42,214 nt of DNA from Sulfurovum sp. Lineage in GTDB: Bacteria > Campylobacterota > Campylobacteria > Campylobacterales > Sulfurovaceae. The stretch spans positions 1-42,214 of the forward strand of contig JAMONG010000114.1 of assembly GCA_027066595.1 (NCBI GenBank), in the 5' to 3' direction. Position 1 is the stretch's first letter, and the number at the start of each line of letters is the position of its first letter. The notes beneath the pieces are model-generated. The model was not told the DNA's origin. It made no database searches and saw only the letters and a program-made list of their open reading frames with translations. The translations under genes and the position numbers were made by a program. This document shows, piece by piece, positions 19,388 through 28,439 of the stretch.

Positions 19388-20255
19388 ATTCTCTACTTTG
19401 TAAGGTCTCTACAGCTACAAGTTCATAATTCTTACTATCTGAGAGTAATTTTCTTGTTAACTCATAATTTAAATGATGACTCCCTGCAAAAGATTCATAC
19501 TTAGCTAAAATATTGTATCCACTTACGATCATATCTCCCATGGCATCGAGTATTTTATGTCTTGCAAATTCATTTTCAAAACGTAGGCCTTCGGGATTTA
19601 AAACTTTATGATTATCTAAACCTATCGCATTCTGTAAAGAAGCCCCTAAAGCTAAGTTTTGACTCTGTAAATATTGGATATCTTTTGCAAAACCAAAAGT
19701 TCTTGCTCTTGCAATTTCTTCAATAAAGTTATGTGTAGAAAATTCAAATTTTTCACGCTGTTCACCAATTACAGGATGATCAAATTTAATTTTAAAATCA
19801 AAACTTGCTTTGTCTGAAGGCAATAATTTTACATACTTTTCACCATCATATACTGCTACTTCTTTTTTTACACGTAAAATCTTTTTAGGTGCATCTAATT
19901 CTACAATACCTGCTTCATCTAACAAAAGACAAAATGAAATAGCAGAACCATCCATGATTGGCATTTCATTACCATCTACAATGACACGCATATTGTCTAT
20001 ACCATAAGCATATACAGCAGAGAGAAAATGCTCTATAGTGGAAATACTACCCTTTTCGTTGTCTCCTATGACTGTAGCCATACGTGTATCTACCACGGAA
20101 GAGGGAGAAAGTGGGATATTTAGTGCTATATCCTTACGATAAAACACTATACCCGCATCTATATCAAGAGGTTCAAGACGAAGTTTAATGGGCTCGCCTT
20201 TATGTAGACCTATACCCACAACTTCAACAGGTTTTTGAATGGTTCTTTGCTGCAA
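19368..20255 (-). CDS. lpxC: UDP-3-O-acyl-N-acetylglucosamine deacetylase
   Basis: Motifs GIGLHKG, TIEHFLSA, PIMDGS, ARTFGF and HKILDAMGD. TTG start. Confidence 0.98.
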   Translation of the reverse strand: MQQRTIQKPVEVVGIGLHKGEPIKLRLEPLDIDAGIVFYRKDIALNIPLSPSSVVDTRMATVIGDNEKGSISTIEHFLSAVYAYGIDNMRVIVDGNEMPIMDGSAISFCLLLDEAGIVELDAPKKILRVKKEVAVYDGEKYVKLLPSDKASFDFKIKFDHPVIGEQREKFEFSTHNFIEEIARARTFGFAKDIQYLQSQNLALGASLQNAIGLDNHKVLNPEGLRFENEFARHKILDAMGDMIVSGYNILAKYESFAGSHHLNYELTRKLLSDSKNYELVAVETLQSREFAKSFA

Positions 20256-20381
20256 TGTCTGCCTCCTTTCTCAATGTACTTTCTTCACTAGAATATAATA
20301 TTTTTAAATATTATAACTAAATTTTTTAATTATTGCAATATAGCATAACTCTGTGTATTATTTGTGAACATTAAAAAAAGA

Positions 20382-21764
20382 TTATTTTGCAGAAATTATT
20401 TTATCTGCAACCTTAAAGATATCATCTATATTTGTTTTTATCCATCCAGCATCAAACCACTCAACTGGTCTTACTGCAATACCTTGCACAAGTACTCCAA
20501 AATGTAAATGATCACCCAATGCTAAACCTGATACGCCCGTTTTGGCTATTACTTGTCCTGCTTTCACTTCATCCCCCTCTTTGACTAGTAATTGCGAACA
20601 ATGACCATAAAGTGAATAAAGCCCTAAACCATGATCAATCATTGGCATGTTCCCATAAATACCATTTTCATTTGCATACACTACTGTACCTGAGTTAGAT
20701 GTTTTTACCGCTGCCATTTTGGTACTGGCTAGATCATAGCCTACATGGTATGACTGTGATACTTCATTCTTTTTTGTCTTATAATAGTAATGTCTCTTAT
20801 CTCCAAAACTAGCGACTTTTGCCCCATTTCTTAGTGGATAAAATTTCTTTACTTTCCATCCAGTCAGTAGTTCTGTCGAAATACTTTTACTTAAATTATA
20901 TATATTTTCTTCGTTTTTTAAACGCATACTTTCATTAATAGCTCTTAATTTTTCTAACTTGTCATCAATAGAAGAAAACTCAGGATCACTGGATGCTAAA
21001 TCACTAATTTTGCCATCTATAAATTTGTCTTTTGCCTTAATCCATGATACTTTATATTTTTTATTTTTTACATAAAAAGGTATATCTGAAACACGCTTAT
21101 TTTTTGCCTTATCTATTGCAATAATTTTTGCAGAAAAACTTGTTTCAGTAAATGGCCAGGCAATGAGTGCAGCATAATAACCTTCTTTTTTGTAAGGCTG
21201 AGCTTGAAACTTCTTCCCTGTTGCTTCTATATAAAGTTGATCTAAATTTGCATCATTCGCCTGAAAAACAACCAATGCCGCTCCACCTTGTGTAATACTA
21301 TAAGAATTTGCTAAAACACTAACATTAGGGCGTTTATGGTCTACTGTTACTTGTATTGTTTTGACCGTTTTATTACCCTGAAAAAAATTCCATAGACTCT
21401 TATCTGTTACTGAAACTTGTAGTTGTAACTGTGTGGCTTTAGTGTTAAGTACATCACTCTTAGGGTACTTTAGTAAATATGTTTGTTCTTGTGTCTGCAC
21501 ATCAAGGTTTCCCTCTCCAACCGTTACACTCTTTGTACCATCACTTAAAACAAATTCATAATGGTTTAAAGCTCTATTGTCACTTATTTTTATTGGCAAA
21601 GGATCTTTTCTATTCCAAAATATATTTCTCTCATTTTGAATTACAGGAACTTCTCTCTCAAATTCTGGAACTGTATAAATATATACTGCACCTGCAATAA
21701 GTCCAACCAAAACCAATAACCCAATTATTTTACTTCCGCTTTTTTTCTTTCGTCTATTTCTCAT
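20382..21764 (-). CDS. M23 family metallopeptidase (peptidoglycan endopeptidase)
   Basis: N-terminal TM anchor, HVGYD (HxxxD), YGH and HLH motifs. Confidence 0.92.
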   Translation of the reverse strand: MRNRRKKKSGSKIIGLLVLVGLIAGAVYIYTVPEFEREVPVIQNERNIFWNRKDPLPIKISDNRALNHYEFVLSDGTKSVTVGEGNLDVQTQEQTYLLKYPKSDVLNTKATQLQLQVSVTDKSLWNFFQGNKTVKTIQVTVDHKRPNVSVLANSYSITQGGAALVVFQANDANLDQLYIEATGKKFQAQPYKKEGYYAALIAWPFTETSFSAKIIAIDKAKNKRVSDIPFYVKNKKYKVSWIKAKDKFIDGKISDLASSDPEFSSIDDKLEKLRAINESMRLKNEENIYNLSKSISTELLTGWKVKKFYPLRNGAKVASFGDKRHYYYKTKKNEVSQSYHVGYDLASTKMAAVKTSNSGTVVYANENGIYGNMPMIDHGLGLYSLYGHCSQLLVKEGDEVKAGQVIAKTGVSGLALGDHLHFGVLVQGIAVRPVEWFDAGWIKTNIDDIFKVADKIISAK

Positions 21765-22740
21765 CTAATAATCCTAGTTCTCTTATCTTTTCTAATACTT
21801 TATTGACACATTCTTGTAAAGCATTTTTACCTACTTCATTCTCAAAAGTAAACCCTGCTGCTACCTTATGCCCCCCACCACCAAAAGCCATAGCTACTTT
21901 TGAAATATCTAGATTTTTACCTCTTAAAGAAATACGAATACCCTCTTTTACTTCCATAGCAAAAAGTGCAATGTTTACGGTGCTAAGAGACTTCGCATAA
22001 TCTACTATACCCTCCATATCAGGTACCGTAGCCCCCGTAGCAGCTATTTCTTCTTTTGACACCATTAAGGTTGCTACCTGTGCCTCCTGTGTAAGTGTCA
22101 ATGAAGCCAACGCTTTTTCTAAAATACGAAATGAACTTAAAGGTCTTCTTTGCGTAAGGTTACAAGAGATGATATCGGGCTTTGCTCCCAGACTAACTAA
22201 CTTTTGAGCTACAGAAAAGACCTTTGCATTTACCGAAGATGTTGTAAAGTATCTTGTATCAGATAACAATGCCGTATAAAAACATGTAGCCGTTGCAGCA
22301 TTAATGGTGTATAATTCTTGAAACAACTCAAATGCCACTTGTGAAGAAGAAGCATACTGAGGTAAAATAGCATTAATCGTTCCATAATTTGTATTACTTT
22401 GATGGTGATCTATATTGATTATTTCTCTAGATTCAAGATGAAATCCTAATCTATCTATAGAGCCACAATCACATGAGATAACCAAACTATCACTATAGTC
22501 CATCTTATGTTTTATTTTTTTAAAATTTGGGAGAAAATCAAGATGTATAGGTAATGCCGTTGAGGCATTCACTATTTCAACTTTTTTATCTTTATTTTTT
22601 TCGAACAATGCAAATATTCCTAAAGCTGTACCCAATGCATCTGCATCAGGATTAAGGTGAGAAAGAATAGTAATGGCTTTATACTCATCTATTTTTTTCA
22701 TTACTGCTTCATAAGGAAGTTCTTCATTTATCATCTTCAC
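21754..22740 (-). CDS. nrnA: DHH-family phosphoesterase (NrnA-like oligoribonuclease/PAP phosphatase)
   Basis: Motifs HLNPDADALG, IDHH, SDT, SLR and GGGGHKVAAG. Confidence 0.85.
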   Translation of the reverse strand: MKMINEELPYEAVMKKIDEYKAITILSHLNPDADALGTALGIFALFEKNKDKKVEIVNASTALPIHLDFLPNFKKIKHKMDYSDSLVISCDCGSIDRLGFHLESREIINIDHHQSNTNYGTINAILPQYASSSQVAFELFQELYTINAATATCFYTALLSDTRYFTTSSVNAKVFSVAQKLVSLGAKPDIISCNLTQRRPLSSFRILEKALASLTLTQEAQVATLMVSKEEIAATGATVPDMEGIVDYAKSLSTVNIALFAMEVKEGIRISLRGKNLDISKVAMAFGGGGHKVAAGFTFENEVGKNALQECVNKVLEKIRELGLLDEK

Positions 22741-23579
22741 CTTTCACTAATATTATTTTTACTTTCCACTTTCATCGAAAGGTCAATCCAATTTGCCTGA
22801 TGTATTATAGATCCTGAACTGATAGCATCTACACCTGTTTGAGCTATTTGTACTATAGTATCTAAAGTCACATTACCACTAGCTTCAAGTAAAATATGTG
22901 GGTAATTTTTATTTCTGTACATAACAACTTTTTTGGTTTCTTCAAGCGTCATATTGTCACACATCACAATGTCGGCTCCTGCTTTCATTGCTTTTTTTAC
23001 CATTTCTAAGCTTTCACATTCTATTTCTACTTTTGATGTAAAAGGAATTTTTTGGCGTACTTCTGTCATAAATGCATCTAACTCATCAATAGTCTGCAAA
23101 TGTGTGTCCTTGAGCATCAAACAGTCATCAAGCCCCATACGATGGTTAATACCTCCGCCACAACGCACTGCATATTTTTCAAAAGCACGTAGTAATGGTC
23201 TTGTTTTTCTAGTGTCAAGTAGCTTCACTCCTGTATCTGCTATAGCAGTTACATACTGTGCTGTAAGTGTTGCTATGGAAGAAGCATGGAGAACCATGTC
23301 TAATATAGAACGTTCTAAAGAGAGTATGGTCTTAGAATCCCCAGCAATAAAAAGAAGTTTTTCACCCTTAGCAAAAAACTCTCCATCATTGACTTTCCAC
23401 TCTACCTCTAAGTCATACATCTTTGCAAATGTCTGCACATACTCCTGCCCCGAAAACACTCCATCACTCTTAGCAAGAATATATGCTCTTATGGGTTTAG
23501 AGGTACTAATCCGAGCAAATAAATCCCCTCGTCCAACATCTTCTGCCACTAAGGCTTTTAAAAATTGTTCTTTTAACAT
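22737..23579 (-). CDS. nadC: Nicotinate-nucleotide pyrophosphorylase
   Basis: Motifs DTRKT, NHRMGLDD, LKDTH and EASGN. Confidence 0.97.
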   Translation of the reverse strand: MLKEQFLKALVAEDVGRGDLFARISTSKPIRAYILAKSDGVFSGQEYVQTFAKMYDLEVEWKVNDGEFFAKGEKLLFIAGDSKTILSLERSILDMVLHASSIATLTAQYVTAIADTGVKLLDTRKTRPLLRAFEKYAVRCGGGINHRMGLDDCLMLKDTHLQTIDELDAFMTEVRQKIPFTSKVEIECESLEMVKKAMKAGADIVMCDNMTLEETKKVVMYRNKNYPHILLEASGNVTLDTIVQIAQTGVDAISSGSIIHQANWIDLSMKVESKNNISER

Positions 23580-24586
23580 TATTTCAACGCCAACATACGC
23601 TCTAATGCCATATTGGCATATTTTCTGATCTCAGGGTCAACAACAATCTCATTGATAGGTTTTTCATCTTCTATGGACTTTAGTGTATTATACAAGTCTT
23701 CTAAAGTTGTCTCATTCATCGTAGGACACTCTGGTTTGGTAGAGGAAAGTACATAGGTGTTACCTTTTCTCATACGATTTACTAGGTTATACTCTGTTCC
23801 TATGGCTACTTTTTGCTCTGGATCCAAGTCATTTACATATTTAATAAGCTGTGAGGTAGATCCAGAAAAATCTGCAGCAGCTACTACAGAGGGGTCACAT
23901 TCTGGGTGTACTGCTATCTTGATATTTGGAAATTTTTTACGATAAAACTCTATATCATCTACAGTAAAGAGCTGGTGCACCGAACAAAAGCCATTAAAAC
24001 AAATAATATCTGCAACTTTAGGATCACATTCTTTTCCATCTACTTCTACACCAATGACACAAGACTTTAAACCCATTTTTATGGCAAAGTTTTGCCCTAG
24101 ACATCTGTCTGGCACAAAGAGTATCTTTTTACCAGTTTCTAGCCCTTTTTCTATAATTTTGAAAGCATTAGAAGAAGTACAGACGAACCCACCCATCTCT
24201 CCAACTTTTGCTTTAACCGAAGCATCAGAGTTGATATAGGTTATGGGTAAGATATCTTCTCTAGCTATACCACGCTCTTCCATATACTGCACAGACTCTT
24301 CAAAATACAAGCCATCCATCATTCGTGCCATAGCACAACAGGCTATTTTAGGCATAAGTACACGTTTGTCTGGGTCTAGTATTTTAACAGACTGCCCCAT
24401 GAACCCAACGCCACAAAAGACAACCCACTCTTTACCATCACTCTGACATCTACGAGCCAGTTCTAAACTGTCACCTACAATGTCTGCCATTTCAAAAACT
24501 TCGTCCCGTTGATAATAGTGAGCGACTACAGTGACATCTAAATCTTTTTTAAGTCTATTTATCTCTTTTTTATAATCGATATTCAT
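23579..24586 (-). CDS. nadA: Quinolinate synthase
   Basis: Motifs AHYYQ, GDSLEL, FCGVGFM, YINS and HPEC, with three Fe-S cysteines. Confidence 0.97.
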   Translation of the reverse strand: MNIDYKKEINRLKKDLDVTVVAHYYQRDEVFEMADIVGDSLELARRCQSDGKEWVVFCGVGFMGQSVKILDPDKRVLMPKIACCAMARMMDGLYFEESVQYMEERGIAREDILPITYINSDASVKAKVGEMGGFVCTSSNAFKIIEKGLETGKKILFVPDRCLGQNFAIKMGLKSCVIGVEVDGKECDPKVADIICFNGFCSVHQLFTVDDIEFYRKKFPNIKIAVHPECDPSVVAAADFSGSTSQLIKYVNDLDPEQKVAIGTEYNLVNRMRKGNTYVLSSTKPECPTMNETTLEDLYNTLKSIEDEKPINEIVVDPEIRKYANMALERMLALK

Positions 24587-24691
24587 TTATATCCTTCTGC
24601 TAATTGTAGCTATTTTAGCAAAATTCGGATAAAATAGCTCTATTAAATGTACTTTCAAGTACACTATAATCTAAAATTGTGGAATTATTAT

Positions 24692-25315
24692 ATGGATTTA
24701 TTTACAAACCAAAACATCTTACTTTATCTTGCAGTCTATCTCATCTCGGGTATCCCATTTGGCTATTTACTTGCTAAGCAGTTTGCAGGTGTAGACATAA
24801 AAAATGAAGGCTCTGGAAATATTGGAGCTACCAATGTCATCAGAGTAGTCAAAGAAAAAGACCCTAAACTTGCTAAAAAACTAGGTATTATTACCTTCTT
24901 ACTTGATGCAGTAAAAGGTGTAGTGGTTATCCTTATAGCCAAAATGTTAGGGGCACCAGAGACTGTGCTTTGGACTATTGCTGTTTTTGCAGTGCTTGGT
25001 CATTGCTTTTCTGCATTTTTATTTTTTGAAGGTGGCAAAGGTGTGGCTACTGGATTTGGTGTACTTCTTGTCATGATGCCTATCCCTGCACTTATTGCTA
25101 TAGTCATCTGGCTAGGAGCGGCAAAAGGACTAAAAATCTCTTCTCTCTCTTCTCTTATAGGTCTATCTGCTTTCCTCATCGCTTCATATATAATGTACCC
25201 TGAGGTACCTAGTATTGGTTCACATGCACCTATTTGGATTATTGCCTTAATTATTACTTACAAACATATACCAAATATCATAAGACTCTTTAACAAAGAA
25301 GAAAGCAAAGTATAA
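24692..25315 (+). CDS. plsY: Glycerol-3-phosphate acyltransferase PlsY
   Basis: Motifs GSGNIGATN, GHCFS, GGKGVAT and HIPNI. Likely start is the ATG at 24692. Confidence 0.96.
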   Translation: MDLFTNQNILLYLAVYLISGIPFGYLLAKQFAGVDIKNEGSGNIGATNVIRVVKEKDPKLAKKLGIITFLLDAVKGVVVILIAKMLGAPETVLWTIAVFAVLGHCFSAFLFFEGGKGVATGFGVLLVMMPIPALIAIVIWLGAAKGLKISSLSSLIGLSAFLIASYIMYPEVPSIGSHAPIWIIALIITYKHIPNIIRLFNKEESKV

Positions 25316-25316
25316 A

Positions 25317-25655
25317 ATGACTATACATATAGATAGACTAATCTTACATGTTATTATTGGTCTTCTTGATTTTGAAAGAGAAAAACAACAACAGGTTATT
25401 GTAGACCTAGAAGCCTCTTATAATTATGAAGATGGACAATTTATAGATTATGCAGATATTGTTTTACTCATAGAAAATGAACTCAAATCAAAACGTTATA
25501 AGTTATTAGAAGAGGCTATACTTGGACTAAAAACACTACTTTGTATTACCTACCCACAGCTTAAAACATTGAAACTAAAAATCACTAAACCAGATATATT
25601 AAAACAATGTCAAGTGGCTATGAGTGATAGTTGGATATTCAAAAATACCAAATAA
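25317..25655 (+). CDS. folB: Dihydroneopterin aldolase
   Basis: Motifs IIGLLDFER...Q, IDY, LLEE and ITKP. Confidence 0.9.
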   Translation: MTIHIDRLILHVIIGLLDFEREKQQQVIVDLEASYNYEDGQFIDYADIVLLIENELKSKRYKLLEEAILGLKTLLCITYPQLKTLKLKITKPDILKQCQVAMSDSWIFKNTK

Positions 25656-25695
25656 TCCCCTACTTTAAAAAAACTTTCAGAAACCATTATTTTTA

Positions 25696-25735
25696 TGCTA
25701 TAATTAAGAAATTTTTAACTTTAAGTTTTTTTTAA
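25696..25735 (+). promoter_or_regulatory. hsrA promoter: extended -10 followed by two TTAA-N7-TTAA boxes
   Basis: TGCTATAAT at 25696-25704, TTAA-N7-TTAA at 25704-25718 and 25721-25735. Confidence 0.5.
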
Positions 25736-25807
25736 AGTTACTATTATTTGTACTTGCTAACTTCAAACTATCAAGTATTTTTATTGAAATATATTTAAGG
25801 TTGTACT

Positions 25808-26497
25808 ATGAGAGTATTAGTCATTGAAAATGATATAGAACTAGGAAAAGTGATTGTTGATAAACTACAAAATCCAGAGTACCAATCTTCAGAGTACCTA
25901 TGTGATTTGGCAGAGAATCTTGGTGATGCAAAATATTATCTTGATATCCGAAATTATGATCTTGTATTATTCTCTTGGGAACATGCTGGTGAAATCAATA
26001 TCTCTTTAGTAACAGATATTAAAAAAGAAGTAAATGGTGCTGCTGTTATAGTACTCTCTAATCGTACAGATAAAGAGAGTGAAATAGAAGCACTTAAGAG
26101 TGGTGCAGATGATTTTATACGTAAACCGCTTGATTATGATATTTTACTTGTACGTATCGAAGCAAAACTCCGTTTTGGTGCTTCTAATATCATCGAGATA
26201 GAAGATCTCATTATTAATCCAGAAGAAGAAAAAATTATCTATCAAGGTGAAGAGATAGAGCTCAAAGGTAAGCCCTTTGAAGTACTCACTCACTTAGCCA
26301 TGCATAAAGATCAAATCGTCTCTAAAGAACAACTTCTAGATGCTATTTGGGAAGAACCTGAACTCGTAACTCCTAATGTCATTGAAGTAGCTATCAATCA
26401 AATACGTCAAAAAATGGATAAACCTCTAGATATTTCTACTATAGAAACAGTCAGAAGACGAGGGTATAGATTCTGTTTTCCAAAAAAAATAACGTGA
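25808..26497 (+). CDS. hsrA: Orphan OmpR-family response regulator HsrA/CosR (HP1043/Cj0355c-like)
   Basis: Motifs DIRNYDLVL, KGKPFEVLTHLA, WEEPELVTPNVIEVAINQIRQKMDKPL and ETVRRRGYRFC. Synteny plsY-folB-RR-fdx-ppx. Confidence 0.95.
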   Translation: MRVLVIENDIELGKVIVDKLQNPEYQSSEYLCDLAENLGDAKYYLDIRNYDLVLFSWEHAGEINISLVTDIKKEVNGAAVIVLSNRTDKESEIEALKSGADDFIRKPLDYDILLVRIEAKLRFGASNIIEIEDLIINPEEEKIIYQGEEIELKGKPFEVLTHLAMHKDQIVSKEQLLDAIWEEPELVTPNVIEVAINQIRQKMDKPLDISTIETVRRRGYRFCFPKKIT

Positions 26498-26572
26498 TAA
26501 TCTCATCACAGTTGTCCCTTTTCTCCCACCTCCTTCGCAAATAGTATAAAATACACTATTTGTGTCATTTTT
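26494..26572 (+). ncRNA. Candidate C/U-rich small RNA or structured 3'UTR (RepG-like)
   Basis: Short hairpin, pyrimidine tract TCCCTTTTCTCCCACCTCCTTC containing the anti-SD CACCTCCTT, 9-bp hairpin, then a U tract. Confidence 0.4.
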
Positions 26573-26653
26573 AATTTAGGCATAAGCTTTCTTGGGCTAT
26601 AACTCGTATAAATATATTAGACAATATAAGCAAACAAAACAAGGGTAAATTTT

Positions 26654-26911
26654 ATGGCATTAGTAATAACTGACGAGTGTATCGCGTGTGACGCATGTAG
26701 AGAAGAGTGTCCCAACGAAGCAATCGAAGAAAATGATCCAATATATATCATAGACCCAGACTACTGTACAGAATGTGTTGGACACTTTGATGAACCACAA
26801 TGTATTGCAGTTTGTCCTGTTGACTGTATTATATCTGATCCTGACCATGTTGAAAATGTTGAAGAGCTTATGTTTAAATACAATAAAAATCAAGCAGAGC
26901 TAGAAGAATAA
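26654..26911 (+). CDS. YfhL-family 2[4Fe-4S] ferredoxin
   Basis: Motifs CIACDACREECP and CTECVGHFDEPQCIAVCP. Confidence 0.95.
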   Translation: MALVITDECIACDACREECPNEAIEENDPIYIIDPDYCTECVGHFDEPQCIAVCPVDCIISDPDHVENVEELMFKYNKNQAELEE

Positions 26912-26912
26912 G

Positions 26913-28439
26913 ATGGCTAAAAGAACTGCTATCATAGATATCGGTTCCAACTCAGCTAGACTTGTGATATATGAACAAACAAGTCGTTATGGCTTTTATC
27001 TTATATGTGAACAAAAATCTAAGGTACGTATAGGTGAAGGTGCTTATGAAAAACAAGGCTATCTTCAACCTACTGCTATACGTCGTGCTTACCTTACACT
27101 TAAATCATTCTTATATACTATAGACAAATATCAAGCCAAAAAAACTATTTGTGTTGCTACCTCTGCACTAAGAGATGCCCCAAATGCTGAAATATTTACC
27201 TCATGGATTAAAAAAGATTTAAACTTATCTATTAAAGTCATAGACGGTAAACAAGAAGCCTATTATGGTGCATTGGCTGCATCAAACTTACTTCCTATAC
27301 ATGAAGATGTTGTCACCATTGATATTGGGGGAGGTTCATCAGATTTAGCATTAATTCATAAAGGGACTATTGTCGATACTTATTCACTCAATCTGGGTAC
27401 AGTCAGACTTAAAGAACTTTTTTTTGATAAAGAAGAAAAGAATTCGCTCATTAAGGAAAAAGCAAAAAAATATATACAAAAGGAACTAAAACATCTACCA
27501 GAGCACTTTAAAGCTTCTTTAACTGTAGGTATAGGAGGAACGGCTAGAACACTTTCTAAAGCTATTATGAAACGTTCTCAATACCCTCTAGATAAATTAC
27601 ATGCATTTATCTATACCATTGATGAACATCTCCAATATCTTGAAAATATTCCACAAAGTAGTGCAAAGAACTTGAAAAAATTTTCTCTCAAAAAGAACCG
27701 TTTTGATACCATTAGAGAAGGTACACTCATATTCACAGAAATCCTTTCTCATATTGAAGCTAAAGAACTTATGTCTTCCGAAGTAGGTGTACGTGAAGGC
27801 GTATTTTTAGAACAATTACTACATAAAAATAATTATAAATTCCCCTTAATAGCAAACCCCAGTGTACGTTCTATTTTAGATAGGTTTAAACCCCAGGTAA
27901 CAATTGAGAAAAAACGGAAAGTGAAACTTAAGTTAGGTCTCATGCTCTATGATATATTACAAGTAGAGATACAAGATGACAAAGTATTTGGGAAAGAACT
28001 TCTTTGGGCTTTAAAGCTCTCTAGCATTGGGAAAACACTTACTGTTTATAAGTCTCACCAACATGCATTCTATATTGCTATGCAAGAATTGAATTATGGA
28101 TTTACACATAAACAAAGTTTACTTATTTCTCTACTCTTACGGATGCATGGAAAAGAGTTACTCAACAAAGACCTCTATACGCAATATAAAAGCTTATTAC
28201 CCAATAAACAAACTTTACGTTGGTTAAGTTTTATTTATACTTTAACAGTTTTACTACATGAAGCTTCAAACTCTGCAAAATTTGACTTTTCATTTAAAAA
28301 TCAAATATTGACCATTACCGCAAATAAACCTCTATATTTAGCAAAAGAAAAAATAAAAGCTTTAGAAAAGCCCATCCCTTTTGCTATCATTATCCATGAT
28401 GAATCTCATTTACCCAAATGTAAAAAATTAGGTATTTAA
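26913..28439 (+). CDS. ppx: Ppx/GppA exopolyphosphatase
   Basis: Motifs IDIGSNS, ATSALRDA, DIGGGS, GIGGT and GVREG. Confidence 0.93.
   Translation: MAKRTAIIDIGSNSARLVIYEQTSRYGFYLICEQKSKVRIGEGAYEKQGYLQPTAIRRAYLTLKSFLYTIDKYQAKKTICVATSALRDAPNAEIFTSWIKKDLNLSIKVIDGKQEAYYGALAASNLLPIHEDVVTIDIGGGSSDLALIHKGTIVDTYSLNLGTVRLKELFFDKEEKNSLIKEKAKKYIQKELKHLPEHFKASLTVGIGGTARTLSKAIMKRSQYPLDKLHAFIYTIDEHLQYLENIPQSSAKNLKKFSLKKNRFDTIREGTLIFTEILSHIEAKELMSSEVGVREGVFLEQLLHKNNYKFPLIANPSVRSILDRFKPQVTIEKKRKVKLKLGLMLYDILQVEIQDDKVFGKELLWALKLSSIGKTLTVYKSHQHAFYIAMQELNYGFTHKQSLLISLLLRMHGKELLNKDLYTQYKSLLPNKQTLRWLSFIYTLTVLLHEASNSAKFDFSFKNQILTITANKPLYLAKEKIKALEKPIPFAIIIHDESHLPKCKKLGI

Noticed and set aside
28436-28439. Convergent ppx and bamA sharing stop codons (TTAA)
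   Set aside because: Common compaction in AT-rich genomes.
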